Virus record (IMG/VR): IMGVR_UViG_3300020046_010987
DNA length: 64,000 nucleotides
Reading direction: 5' to 3' (one strand)
DNA from: an uncultured virus (IMG/VR IMGVR_UViG_3300020046_010987)
Taxonomy: Duplodnaviria; Heunggongvirae; Uroviricota; Caudoviricetes
Shown here: positions 19,755 through 29,969 of the stretch, in pieces
How positions within the stretch are numbered: the stretch's first letter is position 1
How the letters are laid out: every line of letters starts with the position of its first letter
Notes under the pieces: generated by a model
What the model saw: only the letters and a program-made list of their open reading frames with translations
The model's database searches: none
Told to the model about the DNA's origin: nothing
Translations under genes and position numbers: made by a program

Positions 19755-20456
19755 ATGTCTGACGGTTCGCCGCCCGTGATCCACCCGAACGCCTTCCAGC
19801 CCATGCCGGTGGCGACGAAGGAGGCCTGCGGCATCGTGGCGGCCCCTGCGGGCGCCCTGCAGGCGCGGCAGAGCTTCCTCGACCCGGCGATGTCCCGCGA
19901 GGAGGTTCTCGAGCGGATCGACCCGGAGATGCTCCGCACGGCCCCGCTGAACCTGCTCACGGCTACCGCCCTGGCGGTGGCATCCCCTGACGCGGCTGAG
20001 GCCACCGAGGACGCGGTCTTGCGCTACACCACGGCGCTGTCGGACCCCCTCGGTGCGGCGCAGGCGTACGTGCGTGTCACCGCGGAGAAGCTCGTGCTCG
20101 CGGACGTCGAATACCAGAGCGCCCTCACACGTTGTGCGCAAGTCGAGCTCGAGGCGCCACTCCGTACCGACTGGCAGAACCCGCAGCACTACTTCGAGGC
20201 GATGAAGCTCCACGAACGGCGCATGGATCGTTTGGTCCGAGTGCGGAAAGAAGCGTTCGAGCGTTTCGAGCGCGCGGCGGAGCTCTACCGCGTGGCGCTG
20301 CTCACGTCGGAGGGGCGCGACATTCTGGTCTCCCTTGCAACTCGCCGGGGCGGGGCGGGGACGGGAGGCCGGATTCCGGGGCAGTCGGGCGTAGAGGTAG
20401 TGCCCGAGGGCGGGGAGAGCACTGCACACACGCAGGTTCGGGTGAAGATTTTCTGA
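19755..20456 (+). CDS. Hypothetical helical protein
   Basis: ATG 6 nt after TACGCT; coiled-coil centre. Confidence 0.6.
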   Translation: MSDGSPPVIHPNAFQPMPVATKEACGIVAAPAGALQARQSFLDPAMSREEVLERIDPEMLRTAPLNLLTATALAVASPDAAEATEDAVLRYTTALSDPLGAAQAYVRVTAEKLVLADVEYQSALTRCAQVELEAPLRTDWQNPQHYFEAMKLHERRMDRLVRVRKEAFERFERAAELYRVALLTSEGRDILVSLATRRGGAGTGGRIPGQSGVEVVPEGGESTAHTQVRVKIF

Positions 20457-20480
20457 GGGAGAGGGGCTTAGGGTAAGTGC

Positions 20481-20508
20481 CGAAAAGGACTCAGCTTTCG
20501 GGTAAAAG
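20481..20508 (+). promoter_or_regulatory. Bipartite motif CGAAAA-N14-GGTAAAAG (putative phage promoter)
   Basis: Same spacing at 4 operon starts. Confidence 0.6.
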
Positions 20509-20566
20509 ATAGTGTCGAAGAACCGCGGTTGGTTGTTCGGCCCTGCACCTTCTCGAAAGGCCGAAC

Positions 20567-20821
20567 ATGCCCTTGCTGATCTTCTCGACCTTGTCGTCGA
20601 TCTTCACCCTGGCGCTGCTCTTCACGCTCGTCGATGCGGCGAAGAAGAAGCGCCCGTACTACCGCGCCGCGGTGTTCTGCGCGGGAGCGTTCCTGCTCTT
20701 CAACGCGGTTCTCGGGTACAACTACGTGCGCGCGGACTTGCGGGCGACGAACTGCGCGCACGTACGGCACACGGTCCACGGGGACCTTTCGGTGACGACC
20801 ACCTGTGTTCCGAGGCGCTAG
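20567..20821 (+). CDS. Small 2-TM membrane protein
   Basis: Two hydrophobic helices; GAAAGG RBS. Confidence 0.6.
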   Translation: MPLLIFSTLSSIFTLALLFTLVDAAKKKRPYYRAAVFCAGAFLLFNAVLGYNYVRADLRATNCAHVRHTVHGDLSVTTTCVPRR

Positions 20822-20843
20822 GGGCGCGTGGTAGATTGGGCTG

Positions 20844-21200
20844 ATGCTCGATCTCGCACTCACCCACTGGCCGTTCATCGCGGTCTCCCTGCTCCTCGGA
20901 GTTTTCGGCGCTGTCGTCAAGCCGCTCGTGCTCCCGCCCGACAAGCTCGTGCGCGGCTGGCGTCTGGCGTACCAGGTTTCGCTGCCGCTTCACGCAGCGT
21001 GCGCAGGTGCGCTTCTCGGCGCGATCCCTGCAATGCCGCTCGTCGGCGACTTCGCACCGAAGGCGCTGTACTACGCGTTCGCAGGTCTCGCGTCGTCGTA
21101 CGTCTACGATGCCGCGCGGCACTTCATCGCGCAGAAGCAGCGCATGTCCATGTCTCCCGCCACGCCTCGTGGTGAAACCGTCGAAGACGGCCAGCCCTGA
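20844..21200 (+). CDS. 3-TM membrane protein (holin candidate)
   Basis: Three hydrophobic segments and a charged tail; leaderless TGG-TAGATT-N6-ATG, as in the amidase and virion genes. Confidence 0.5.
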   Translation: MLDLALTHWPFIAVSLLLGVFGAVVKPLVLPPDKLVRGWRLAYQVSLPLHAACAGALLGAIPAMPLVGDFAPKALYYAFAGLASSYVYDAARHFIAQKQRMSMSPATPRGETVEDGQP

Positions 21201-21239
21201 GGCTTCTATTTCCTACTCTCCAAGAAAGAATCTAACCCC

Positions 21240-22071
21240 ATGCAGACCTATTCTGTTCAACAGCTTCTGGCTGTCGACCACGCGTTCTCGTGTCACGAGA
21301 CGATGGTCCGGCAGCTCGCATACACCTGCGCAGACGCCGAGTACGTGAGCTTCGGCTACGTCACCGAGCGTAGTGCGGTGCTCGTGCATCTCTTCCCCGA
21401 CGGCCTTTGTGACGTGCTCGAGGCCGGTGCGAACAGCCCCGAAGGCCGCCACGCCACCGCCGAGGTGTGCCTTGCGATCGTCGACCAGTGGGCCTCGCGC
21501 AAGTACGACTACTCGGCGGCGCAGCAGGCCTACGAGAAGATCACGGGCAAACCGATGCCCGGAGCGACGGCGTGAGCCTGTTCAGGTTCCGGGACTCGTC
21601 GCAGATTGAAGCGCATCTCGAGGCGCTGTTCGAGGCCGCGGCTATCCACGAGGGCGCGACGCTTGCTGAGATCGATGAGGAGCGTGCCGCGATCGCTGAG
21701 ATCGTGCGGCTCGCCGCGCTCGGCCTCGCAGTCACAGACCTCGTCTCCCGGTCGCCATTCTCTCCTTCCTTCTCTCCTCTGCAACCGTCTTCCCCTGACC
21801 ATCCCCAATCCCAGAAAGAACCCAACCCATGCAAATCATCGGACTGACCCTTCTCGCTTCTCCGCTCCTCTTCCTGTTGCTCGTCTCGATGATCTTCGAG
21901 ACCCCGACGGAGAAGCCGCTGCCTACGGCCCAGCGCCCTGCGCAGCCGCGACCCGTGCCGCAGGAAGCGCGCTCGCCGTATCTCGAGCGCTGCGTGCGCG
22001 CGCAGGTCGTACGCTGCCCTTGTGCGATCTGCTCGTTCGAGCGAGCTCGTGAGAGCATGCGTCGCGCCTGA
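21240..22071 (+). other. Small hypothetical CDS (21240-21575, 21572-21847, 21829-22071)
   Basis: AGAAAG RBS-like motifs; coupled ORFs. Confidence 0.5.
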
Positions 22072-22077
22072 TTTCCT

Positions 22078-22101
22078 GAAACGATATCTCGTTTCTTTTT
22101 T
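22078..22101 (+). terminator. Rho-independent terminator
   Basis: GAAACGA-tatc-TCGTTTC followed by a T-run. Confidence 0.6.
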
Positions 22102-22119
22102 GATGTGAAAGGACCCTAC

Positions 22120-22512
22120 ATGGCTCGACGTCCCACCGCCTCTTTGTCGTTCAGCGCCGAAGAGCTTTCGCTCCTGAAGTTGTTATTCACGACGAATCGT
22201 CGTCGGCAGTTGGTCGGTGCAGAAGTGCTCCGGACAAAGGTGAGTCTCCAGGTAGAAGCTAAGGCGGTCCGCGCGGCGGAGCGTCTCGTGAAGCTGGCGC
22301 TCCCCGGAGCCCCGGGGCCGGTCCCGCGCCGAAAGGGCGTCGCCCCCCGCGCGCGCTCCGGCGGACGCAACTACGTGCCGCATCGACGCTGCGACCCTTG
22401 TGCCGGCGTTGGAGTGGTCTACCTGCAAGTACTTGGCGGCGCACAGCCTGTTTCCAGACCTTGTGGCAAGTGCCATGGGCGTGGAAAGGTTCCCGCGCCG
22501 ACGTCTCCGTGA
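22120..22512 (+). CDS. Hypothetical protein with a DnaJ-type CxxCxGxG zinc finger
   Basis: CDPCAGVG...CGKCHGRG; GAAAGGA RBS. Confidence 0.55.
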   Translation: MARRPTASLSFSAEELSLLKLLFTTNRRRQLVGAEVLRTKVSLQVEAKAVRAAERLVKLALPGAPGPVPRRKGVAPRARSGGRNYVPHRRCDPCAGVGVVYLQVLGGAQPVSRPCGKCHGRGKVPAPTSP

Positions 22513-22683
22513 TACGCTTTCGGGATGCAGCCAGCGTCCCCCTCTCCGAAGTACATCGCGGCTGGGATCTGCCCACGATGTGGCGATCCTCTGTATGTCC
22601 CCGTGAGATGGCCGAAGGGCTCGACGCCCACGCCCGCGTGCCATACCTGCCACTGGCAGGCGTCTTTTACTCCCTAGGTATCT

Positions 22684-23202
22684 ATGCGACTTACTCCCCA
22701 CATTCAATTGATCATCTCGCTCACCAAAGACAAACAGCTCTTAGACCTGAGCAGCGTGGTCTTCGGGCAAAGTACGTGGAAGAAAGCGTTCCGAGACCTG
22801 ACGGAAGAAACCCCCTGCATCGTAGGGCGCAAATCCTGGTCGATTCTCGGTCGCCGCGACAACATCGTGCTGTCGTCGCACGCGCTCCAGGTTCCCGCAG
22901 GGACAGCACTCCCTGCACGCACCTCGCTCGTGTGCTGTCGGGACATCGAGGAAGCGATGTCGTTTGCGAACTCGACGAGATCTCCGGATATCTCGATCAT
23001 CGGGGGAGCGTCCGTGTTCGAGCAGTTCTTCCCGCTGGCACACACCGCGCACGTGTTCACGGTCGACCAGGCGGTGCCGAGGTGGACGCCTGCCTTGTCC
23101 CCGTTTCCGTACGCGGAGTTCGAAGCGCGGTTCTCCGCACAAGAGCCTCCGGTGTACTACGGCATAGATCTCAGCCACGCGACCTGGATTCGCAAGCTGT
23201 AG
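22684..23202 (+). CDS. Dihydrofolate reductase-like protein (degenerate)
   Basis: FRDLT....IVGRKSW...RDNIVLS...IIGGASVFEQF; the N-terminal IG..N.LPW...D motif is missing. Confidence 0.7.
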   Translation: MRLTPHIQLIISLTKDKQLLDLSSVVFGQSTWKKAFRDLTEETPCIVGRKSWSILGRRDNIVLSSHALQVPAGTALPARTSLVCCRDIEEAMSFANSTRSPDISIIGGASVFEQFFPLAHTAHVFTVDQAVPRWTPALSPFPYAEFEARFSAQEPPVYYGIDLSHATWIRKL

Positions 23203-23206
23203 TGCC

Positions 23207-23234
23207 CGAAAACGCCTGGTTTTGAGGGTAGAAG
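23207..23234 (+). promoter_or_regulatory. Bipartite motif CGAAAA-N14-GGTAGAAG
   Basis: Same spacing as the other three copies. Confidence 0.6.
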
Positions 23235-23281
23235 GTCTTGCCGAGGAATCTCTAATCCCCTCGAGCAGAAAGACCATACTC

Positions 23282-23860
23282 ATGAAAATCACCGTTCTCA
23301 ACAACACCCCCGCCAGCTCGAAGCAGCAGGCACTCCCGCACACCGACCGCGCCCTCACCACGGACCGCGCGTTCGCCGAGCTCACGCCGGAGGTCGTCGC
23401 CCGCATCGACGCCCTGCCGAAGGGCCACTCCTGGTCTCGCAAGGACACGCGCTTTTTCATGCGCCTCGCGGATAGCCTGGGTTGCTCCTGGTGGGGGCTC
23501 TGTATTGCCTTCGGGCGCTCGGGAAACGACATCGGTAACGCGCGCCGCAAGCACGGCATCCTCTCCCCGGAGAGCCGCGCCATCCCGAATGACCGCTCGG
23601 GCAAGATCGGGCTGCAGATCACTGCCGCAATCGAAGGCGCCCGCGCGCAGTTCCGTGCCACCACGAAACTCCCGGCGCACACCACGGCCGCGCTCGAGAC
23701 GTCCGAGCTCGCGCCGCAGGTGCCGGCGCCCCGCAAGCCGGTCGTCACGGCCGTGCGGTGCACCATCTTGGCTTCCGTACTCGCGGAGCCTCTCGCGCTG
23801 ACGATCTCGTCGAAGGACGACGTCGCCCGCGCGGTGAAGCTCCTCGAAGCGCTCCTCTGA
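23282..23860 (+). CDS. Putative HTH-containing protein
   Basis: AGAAAG RBS; SWWGLCIAFGRSGNDIGNARRK is HTH-like. Confidence 0.5.
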   Translation: MKITVLNNTPASSKQQALPHTDRALTTDRAFAELTPEVVARIDALPKGHSWSRKDTRFFMRLADSLGCSWWGLCIAFGRSGNDIGNARRKHGILSPESRAIPNDRSGKIGLQITAAIEGARAQFRATTKLPAHTTAALETSELAPQVPAPRKPVVTAVRCTILASVLAEPLALTISSKDDVARAVKLLEALL

Positions 23861-23924
23861 GCGCGCCTTCAACGCCCCATTCAACGCTTCACCTCAACGA
23901 TTCGTTCCAAGAAAGACAAGCATC

Positions 23925-25283
23925 ATGGCCAAGAAGAACTACAAGACCTACATGCATGCGGCGCACTTCTTCGTGCTCCGCTACCCGGTGCCCGCCACCT
24001 TCGGCGTGCCCGGCATGCGGGCGGTCACGCAGCAGGCGCTCAACCTCGAGAACGTGCCGGTCGATACGTCGATCCTCGCGTTCACGCCGTCGGGCACTCG
24101 CGCGACGATCCTCTACTACGCGCCCGACGGGAGCACCGAGCTCGTCAAGCGCCACGCGAACGGCCGCGTCTTCGACACCGCGAAGGCGCTCGCCGGTGCG
24201 CGTACGCGGCACGTCGTCCTGTCCGAGGCCGACATCTGCGATCTCATGACGCCCGAGGCGACGAAGTGATGAGCGACGCGGGGAAGCCGGCCCAGGACCT
24301 CGAGTTCTGGGCCGGCTCGACCGAAACGCGATCTCGAGGACCGTTCGCAACGGAGCTCGAGGCCTGGGAGTCTCTCCGTCTCTCGCCCACTGCGCAGGGG
24401 TACGCCGGCCGGATTCACATCCCGGGCGCGTACGTCTGGCCCCGGCTGAAGGGCGCGGGGCCGTGACGCTGTCCGAAGAGTGGGAGTACCGCCTCACGGT
24501 GCTTGCCTTCTTGCTGCTGTTTCCCGGGGCCTACGCGCTCCGGCGCGTGTGGCAGGGCGGGTCTTGGGCGGAGTTCCGAATCTACGTGATTCGGTACGCT
24601 GCAACGCTCCTTGCGTGCGGCTTCGCGGCCGACCGTGCGAAGGCAGCCGCGTGGGGCGCAGCTGCCTTCTGGTTCGTCCTCGCGGCGATCACGATTCCCC
24701 CAGGGCCCGCGACGGTGCCTTCCGAAGAGAAGGAGGAGCCGTGACCCCGCGGCAGCGTCTCGAAGATTTTCGCGCAGGACTCCGTATCGTGCATACCTCC
24801 ACCACAGGGGCGGCCTGCACGTTTCTATGTATGGACGAGACCTTCGGTGCGGTGGTTCTCCTCGTCCTCGGACAGCTTGCGCTCGGGCTCTACGTAGCGC
24901 TCGAGATTCGCCCCTAGTGCTTTGCGTTGATCTCAGGACCGCGGTCCTGAGCTCCGCGGAGAGCACGTAGTTCTCCTCCCACCAAAGAAAGAGAGTGTTC
25001 CATGATCCGCTTCAAGCCCACCGTGCGTGTGGACAGCGCCCGCCGCGCGGGCAACACCGTCGCGCACATGAAGTTCGTGCTCAACGAGTCCGACGTGCCG
25101 GACTCCGGTCTCTGTCTCATCGTCCGTGCCCTCGTCCCCGGCGAGTGCAGCGCGGTCGACATGAAGACGCTGCTCGACGACCTGACCCCGGAAGTGCAGC
25201 GTCTGCTCAGCAACTACGCCGAAGCACACGGCGTGTTTCGCATCCCGCCCCCGCTGACCGAGCCCACGAAGAACAGTTCGTGA
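23925..25283 (+). other. Small hypothetical CDS (23925-24269, 24266-24466, 24463-24744 TM, 24741-24917 TM, 25002-25283)
   Basis: Coupled ORFs with RBS-like motifs. Confidence 0.55.
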
Positions 25284-25288
25284 CTTGC

Positions 25289-25312
25289 GAAAAAGAGGCG
25301 TCCCTCTTTTTT
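25289..25312. terminator. Bidirectional terminator
   Basis: AAAAAGAGG-cgtc-CCTCTTTTTT between convergent ORFs. Confidence 0.7.
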
Positions 25313-25526
25313 AGGTCTGAGCTGCAACCTTGGGGTTGAGCAACGTACCGCTCGTGGCGTGGGGCGGAGGTGGCCACACCCGGGCAACAGGCGCCGGGGC
25401 GGGCTCTTCGGCAGACGTCTCGCCCTTCGCGTCCGGGGACACCTTCACACCCTTCATCAGGGGGTGTGTCGATGCGAACCCGAGCTTGCTCAGGGCGGCT
25501 TGTTTGCCTGCTCCGCGCCAATCCAT
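25311..25526 (-). CDS. Small protein with the G-x3-AL-x2-LG head-protein signature
   Basis: MDWRGAGKQAALSKLGF; TATAAC-N6-ATG upstream; ends at a terminator. Confidence 0.6.
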   Translation of the reverse strand: MDWRGAGKQAALSKLGFASTHPLMKGVKVSPDAKGETSAEEPAPAPVARVWPPPPHATSGTLLNPKVAAQT

Positions 25527-25583
25527 GTCTCTGTTATACTGCACGCACCTCACCCCATCTACTCCTCTTTCCTGGACCCTCCG

Positions 25584-25946
25584 ATGACACACGACGGGCC
25601 TCTCGACCCCGATCCCGAAGATCGCCCCCCGATGAGCTGGGCGGTGATCGAAACCCGGGTGCTTCGCCGCGTCATGGCGCAGGTCTCGAGTCGCGCGAAC
25701 CCGCGCGGAGGTGCGCCCTACTACTCGATGCGGGTAGGCACGGCGCAACTCCTCGCAGACGGCAAGACCCGCATTAGCGGGCACCTGTCGCTCTACGACG
25801 CGAATGACGCTGCCGAGCTACTCGCAGACCTGAGCGACAAGTACCAGGCGCTGCGCAGCGAATACGACGGTAGCTTCGAGCCGCCGGACGACCCCTTCAG
25901 CAAACCCCCCGGCATCGCCCGGCAGTACCGTACCCGGAGCAGGTAA
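25584..25946 (+). CDS. Hypothetical protein
   Basis: Plausible globular beta-beta-alpha ORF; start uncertain. Confidence 0.5.
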   Translation: MTHDGPLDPDPEDRPPMSWAVIETRVLRRVMAQVSSRANPRGGAPYYSMRVGTAQLLADGKTRISGHLSLYDANDAAELLADLSDKYQALRSEYDGSFEPPDDPFSKPPGIARQYRTRSR

Positions 25947-25948
25947 TC

Positions 25949-26239
25949 ATGAGCTACCGCTACTTCGATTTCGAATGCCAAGGCTGCAAGACCACCTTCG
26001 AAGAGCTCGTCGTCGGTGCGGAAGGCGTGCCTGACGCGTGCCCCCAGTGCCAGGCGGTCGGCCCTTTCGTCCGGCAGCTCGCGCGGGCCAAGCCCCTCAG
26101 CACCATCATTCCAAGCTATCCCGGCTCGAAGCGAAATACCGCTGGACATGGCGCTGCCCTGCGTCGTCCCGCTGAGAAGGCGGGCCGTCAGATCTCGATG
26201 GCAGGCACCACGGGGCTTTCAGGCGGGAAGAAAGCCTAG
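25949..26239 (+). CDS. FmdB-family zinc-ribbon protein
   Basis: YFDFECQGCKTTFEEL...CPQC. Confidence 0.75.
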   Translation: MSYRYFDFECQGCKTTFEELVVGAEGVPDACPQCQAVGPFVRQLARAKPLSTIIPSYPGSKRNTAGHGAALRRPAEKAGRQISMAGTTGLSGGKKA

Positions 26240-26604
26240 CCCTTGCGGCGCCCGAGGCGTTCCTCGGAGATGGGGATGACGGCGGGAAGTCCGGTCTCGG
26301 AAGAGATCTTGGCCACCCAGCCGGACGACTTTGCGGTGGCCTCGGTCAGAGCCGGAGGCACCGCCGGCTTGCGCGAGGTGCGTGTCCGGTCGAGCATCGG
26401 CAGCGGCGGCGGCATCGAGAGCGCGGGCAACGGCTCTGCGCCCTCGAGCGGGCTCTCGGCGCGCACTGCGATCAGCGTGTCCCGCAGCCCGCGTTTGGCG
26501 AGCTCGAGACGCGCCTGGTAGCGCGCGATCTTCGCGTTCGTGCGCAGCTGCAGGGCCTGGTATTGGCCGTCCGCAATGCTCTCATCGACGACGTGAACTG
26601 TCAT
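26236..26604 (-). CDS. Hypothetical protein
   Basis: GGAGG RBS; last gene of the minus-strand module. Confidence 0.55.
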   Translation of the reverse strand: MTVHVVDESIADGQYQALQLRTNAKIARYQARLELAKRGLRDTLIAVRAESPLEGAEPLPALSMPPPLPMLDRTRTSRKPAVPPALTEATAKSSGWVAKISSETGLPAVIPISEERLGRRKG

Positions 26605-26980
26605 ACGCCCTCCGGAGTGCTTCCGCGATCTTGCCGAGCTCTTCGACCGCTTCGACAGCGGCCTTGGCGAAGTACTCTACGGTAGCCATCGACTGTTGCT
26701 CACGCGCAGCGTGCGCGTTTCGCAGGTCGCTCATCTGCTCCCGATGCTCTCGGAGTTCGGCCGCATGGAGCTCCCGCATCCGGTCTTCGTCGCGGTCATA
26801 GTCCGCGCGCAGACGCGCGTGCTCCGCGTGCGTCGACGTGTAGAGCTGCTGCAGCGTCGACTCGGTCTTTTCCCGGTACGCCTTGAACTCGTCCTTCTCA
26901 GAACGGTACATGTACCAGAACACCCCCGCGAGTAGGCCGAAGGGGCCTCCACTGAGCATCGTGCGGAGGATCTCTTCCAC
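26582..26980 (-). CDS. Single-TM coiled-coil protein (BhlA/holin-like candidate)
   Basis: GPFGLLAGVFWYMY TM segment followed by a charged coiled coil. Confidence 0.5.
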   Translation of the reverse strand: MEEILRTMLSGGPFGLLAGVFWYMYRSEKDEFKAYREKTESTLQQLYTSTHAEHARLRADYDRDEDRMRELHAAELREHREQMSDLRNAHAAREQQSMATVEYFAKAAVEAVEELGKIAEALRRAYDSSRRR

Positions 26981-26988
26981 GAACTACC

Positions 26989-27372
26989 TCACTCGAAGGC
27001 GAGTACCTGAACTCGAGCTCCCGTGGTCGGGAACGCGGGAGTGGAGACGAGGAGCGAGTTGATGGCCTGGCCCGCGCTCGCGGCGACCATGACCCAGCCA
27101 TCGAGTGGGGCCATGGCGGTGGCCGACTGCTCGGCGCCGCTGACGAGCTTCACGGTGACGCCCGTTTCGATCGCGCGCACGAAGAGGAACTTCGGCAGCG
27201 AGACCGTGTCGAGCGGGATCGGGAAGTCCACGGTGCTCGCTGCGATCTGCACCGTCTTCACCGACTCTTCGGTGTAGGTCAGCGAGAACGAGAACGGCTG
27301 CGACCACGGAGTCACGCCCGTGGCGACCGGGTCCCCGTAGGTGATGGTGGTTTTGACGGTGAGCGTGGGCAT
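26989..27372 (-). CDS. Small beta-rich putative virion protein
   Basis: MPTLTVKTTITY...; Thr/Val-rich. Confidence 0.6.
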   Translation of the reverse strand: MPTLTVKTTITYGDPVATGVTPWSQPFSFSLTYTEESVKTVQIAASTVDFPIPLDTVSLPKFLFVRAIETGVTVKLVSGAEQSATAMAPLDGWVMVAASAGQAINSLLVSTPAFPTTGARVQVLAFE

Positions 27373-27409
27373 CAGCAACCTGCGAGGGGTGAGAGGGGGT
27401 GGCGGAGGG

Positions 27410-27742
27410 TCACGGGTAGATCGGGGCGTATCCCGAGGAGGGGTTGAGGGTGTACGTCGGCTCCGACTTCCGGGCACCGAGGAGCGCGCCACCCGCCAGG
27501 AGCCCGAGCAGCGCGCCCTTGCCGGGGGTGAGCCGCCGCGTGGCTGCGTTGACCGCACGGGCGCCGAATCCCGGGCCCGCAGCGCCCGCAGCGCCTGCAG
27601 CGCCCGCCGCTTCGGCGGCCCGCTGTCCCACCTGACGCGCTCCAGGCATGGGGAACGACGTGAAGAGCGAGTCAGCCTCGGGCTTCCCAAGCCCGAACCG
27701 CCTCAACGCGTCTACGCGCCCCCATGCCCGTTCTTGTGTCAT
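27410..27742 (-). CDS. Small glycine-zipper putative head/ejection protein
   Basis: GAGGAG RBS; WGRVDALRRFGL signature; GALLGLLAGGALLGA. Confidence 0.6.
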   Translation of the reverse strand: MTQERAWGRVDALRRFGLGKPEADSLFTSFPMPGARQVGQRAAEAAGAAGAAGAAGPGFGARAVNAATRRLTPGKGALLGLLAGGALLGARKSEPTYTLNPSSGYAPIYP

Positions 27743-27750
27743 GTTGCTCC

Positions 27751-29355
27751 TCAGCACTGCGGCGTCCGGGTGGGACGCATAGCCGCATCGTACCCTAGAA
27801 CGGGCGCGGTCGCAGTAGTCGTCGGCGTACCCGGAGACGGGCCGTCTTCGAACGAGTCGACGATGGTCTTGAGCGGGTTGCCCTGGCTGCGGCCGAAAAA
27901 CAGCTGCAGGAGCCGAATCACGTCGCGGAGGCCGGAGATCGTCGGAGCTCCCGCCAGGATGACGACGCCGAGAGTCATCGACGACGGGGAGTACGAAGGC
28001 AGCGACGGGTCCGTGGTGTCCGAGAGGCGCTTCGACAGTTCGCTCATCCAGCCGTTCACCCCGCCGGAGCTCTTACTGATCACGGTCGCGTGGATGCCCG
28101 TCGGCGGCGCGTCCGTGAGCGCCTGCAGGTTGTCTGCGATCTCGGTGACCTCGGCGGCGGTGGCTTCGTACTGTGCGATCGTGCGCTGCAGCTGGCGCAA
28201 CGTGGCATCGACCATCTGCGAGGTGCCGGTGTTGATGGTGGTGCGCGCCCCGGCCCGCGACACGGCCAAGCGCACCGCGTTCAGCGCTTGCTCGAGCGGC
28301 GGGAAGAGCTTCGCAAACGTCGGCGTCGCATACCAGTCCGGAGGCGTGGCCTCGCGCGTCGACGGGCTGGGGTTCACGCGCGTGACCCGCGCCGTGTTCG
28401 ACAGTGCACCCATCGGCTGGACTTCGCCGTTGATGGTGTAGCGCACGCACGCGGTGTAGTAGTACGTGTCCTTCGGATCGAGCGTGTGCGCCATGTCCGT
28501 GTAGCTCGTGACGAAGCCGTGGTTGCGGATGCGGGCGACGACTTCGGCGCCAGCTTTGCGCGGCAGATCGGTCGCGGAGCTCGAAGGCTCGTGCGTGAAG
28601 AGATCTGACCATGAACGCCAGCCCGTAGTGAGGCTCGCGTTGATGCGGATGATGAAGACCTCTTTGGCGAGCAGGGTGTCCCCTGCGAAGAACGGCGTAT
28701 TCGTGACGGGCGGAACGGGGGTCCACGTGATCATGGCCCGGGTACCTGAGCGTGTCGCTACCGTGCGCACGCGCAAACCCTCGACGACAGGGAGGATCGC
28801 GCCGGAGACCGGCATCCGGAGGTTGCTGGCGAAGAGCCCTTGGATGAGTCGGAACGGCACCTGCAGATCGGAGAGTGTCTCGGCGCCCGCGATGAGGCAT
28901 ACGCCGGCGGTGGCGTAGGTGGACGGGAAGTCCGGCTTCGAGAGGTCACCGGGGTCCTGCACCGACTCGAGCAGCGTGCGGAAGAAGACCTGCGTGCCCC
29001 CCGTCGCGGCCTGCGCTCCCTGCACGTAGGTGTACGCCGGCGTGCCTGGGTTCACCTCGAGCTCGGGCAGGTCTCCGCTTCCTGCACGGCGCTTCCGCAC
29101 AGGCACGATGATCATGTGCATCTGCGTGTTCGATGTCAGGCCGCCTACGAGTTGGTCGACTTCATCGAGCGCACGGCGCAGCAGCCCCTCGGCGACAGAG
29201 GGTGGCCGTGTTTGCGACAGACGCTGAACCGTGCGCAGTGCGCGTTCGGTGACGGTCAGCGCCTTGGTCGTGAGCTCCGTAGCAGCACGGAAGGCCTGGG
29301 TGGCGCGCTGGAAGGGCGCGGGAAAGAAGGCAGCGGGTTCGAAGCTGTGCCACAT
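27751..29355 (-). CDS. Putative baseplate-associated virion protein with an FN3-like domain
   Basis: ITW...YTD...YYYTACVRY FN3 pattern; located next to the spike gene. Confidence 0.55.
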   Translation of the reverse strand: MWHSFEPAAFFPAPFQRATQAFRAATELTTKALTVTERALRTVQRLSQTRPPSVAEGLLRRALDEVDQLVGGLTSNTQMHMIIVPVRKRRAGSGDLPELEVNPGTPAYTYVQGAQAATGGTQVFFRTLLESVQDPGDLSKPDFPSTYATAGVCLIAGAETLSDLQVPFRLIQGLFASNLRMPVSGAILPVVEGLRVRTVATRSGTRAMITWTPVPPVTNTPFFAGDTLLAKEVFIIRINASLTTGWRSWSDLFTHEPSSSATDLPRKAGAEVVARIRNHGFVTSYTDMAHTLDPKDTYYYTACVRYTINGEVQPMGALSNTARVTRVNPSPSTREATPPDWYATPTFAKLFPPLEQALNAVRLAVSRAGARTTINTGTSQMVDATLRQLQRTIAQYEATAAEVTEIADNLQALTDAPPTGIHATVISKSSGGVNGWMSELSKRLSDTTDPSLPSYSPSSMTLGVVILAGAPTISGLRDVIRLLQLFFGRSQGNPLKTIVDSFEDGPSPGTPTTTATAPVLGYDAAMRPTRTPQC

Positions 29356-29512
29356 GGAGGAGTAGGCTCGCTCGAGAGAGGTTCCGTGGAGTCTAGCAGA
29401 GAGGCCAAAGCCTCGAGCTCTGCTTCAACCCGGGTTTGTTGCAGCTTTGCTGCGTGGTGCTGTAGGTGCAGGAGTAGCTTCAGGATGGGAGGCGTTTGCC
29501 ACATGGTTCGTC

Positions 29513-29540
29513 CTAAAAACAAGGGGGTTTACGGTAAAAG
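29513..29540 (+). promoter_or_regulatory. Bipartite motif CTAAAA-N14-GGTAAAAG
   Basis: Upstream of an isolated + strand gene. Confidence 0.6.
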
Positions 29541-29586
29541 GATGTATCCAGGGTATTAGTTTCCCCACCATCGAAAGCAGGTCTCC

Positions 29587-29913
29587 ATGTTTCCCATCAT
29601 CGCAGGTGCCGCACTCGGCGGCTACGCAGTTCTCCGCAGCGTCGAATACGGGGTCACGGTCTTCCGTGCACGACGCGCTGCGAAGACCTCGGCCGAGATC
29701 GCGCCGGTACGTCGCAAGAAGAACCGGCGTGTCGACGTCGCGGCTCCGGAGACGGACGCCTCTCCGGCCACCGACACGGAGGGCGCTTCGGCGCCGCTCC
29801 CGAAGACGCCGCCGTCGAAGAAGCCGCCGTCGAAGAAGCCGCCGAAGATCGAGCGTCGGCGTGTGGCGCCTCCGAAGACGCTCGCGGAACAGCTCCAGGG
29901 CGTCTCGCTCTGA
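29587..29913 (+). CDS. Small basic protein with an N-terminal TM segment and PPSKK repeats
   Basis: Has its own promoter motif, RBS and terminator; 15-bp tandem repeat at 29801-29847. Confidence 0.65.
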   Translation: MFPIIAGAALGGYAVLRSVEYGVTVFRARRAAKTSAEIAPVRRKKNRRVDVAAPETDASPATDTEGASAPLPKTPPSKKPPSKKPPKIERRRVAPPKTLAEQLQGVSL

Positions 29914-29931
29914 CGCATGTTTCGCGTCCTC

Positions 29932-29956
29932 AGAAAGAAGGCCATGCCTTTTTTCT
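29932..29956. terminator. Bidirectional terminator
   Basis: AGAAAGAAGGC-cat-GCCTTTTTTCT between convergent genes. Confidence 0.7.
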
Positions 29957-29969
29957 AGGTGTGAGAGCG

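Noticed and set aside
19755..20456. Terminase small subunit
   Set aside because: Only position and helical character support it; no recognisable motif and no large terminase in the window
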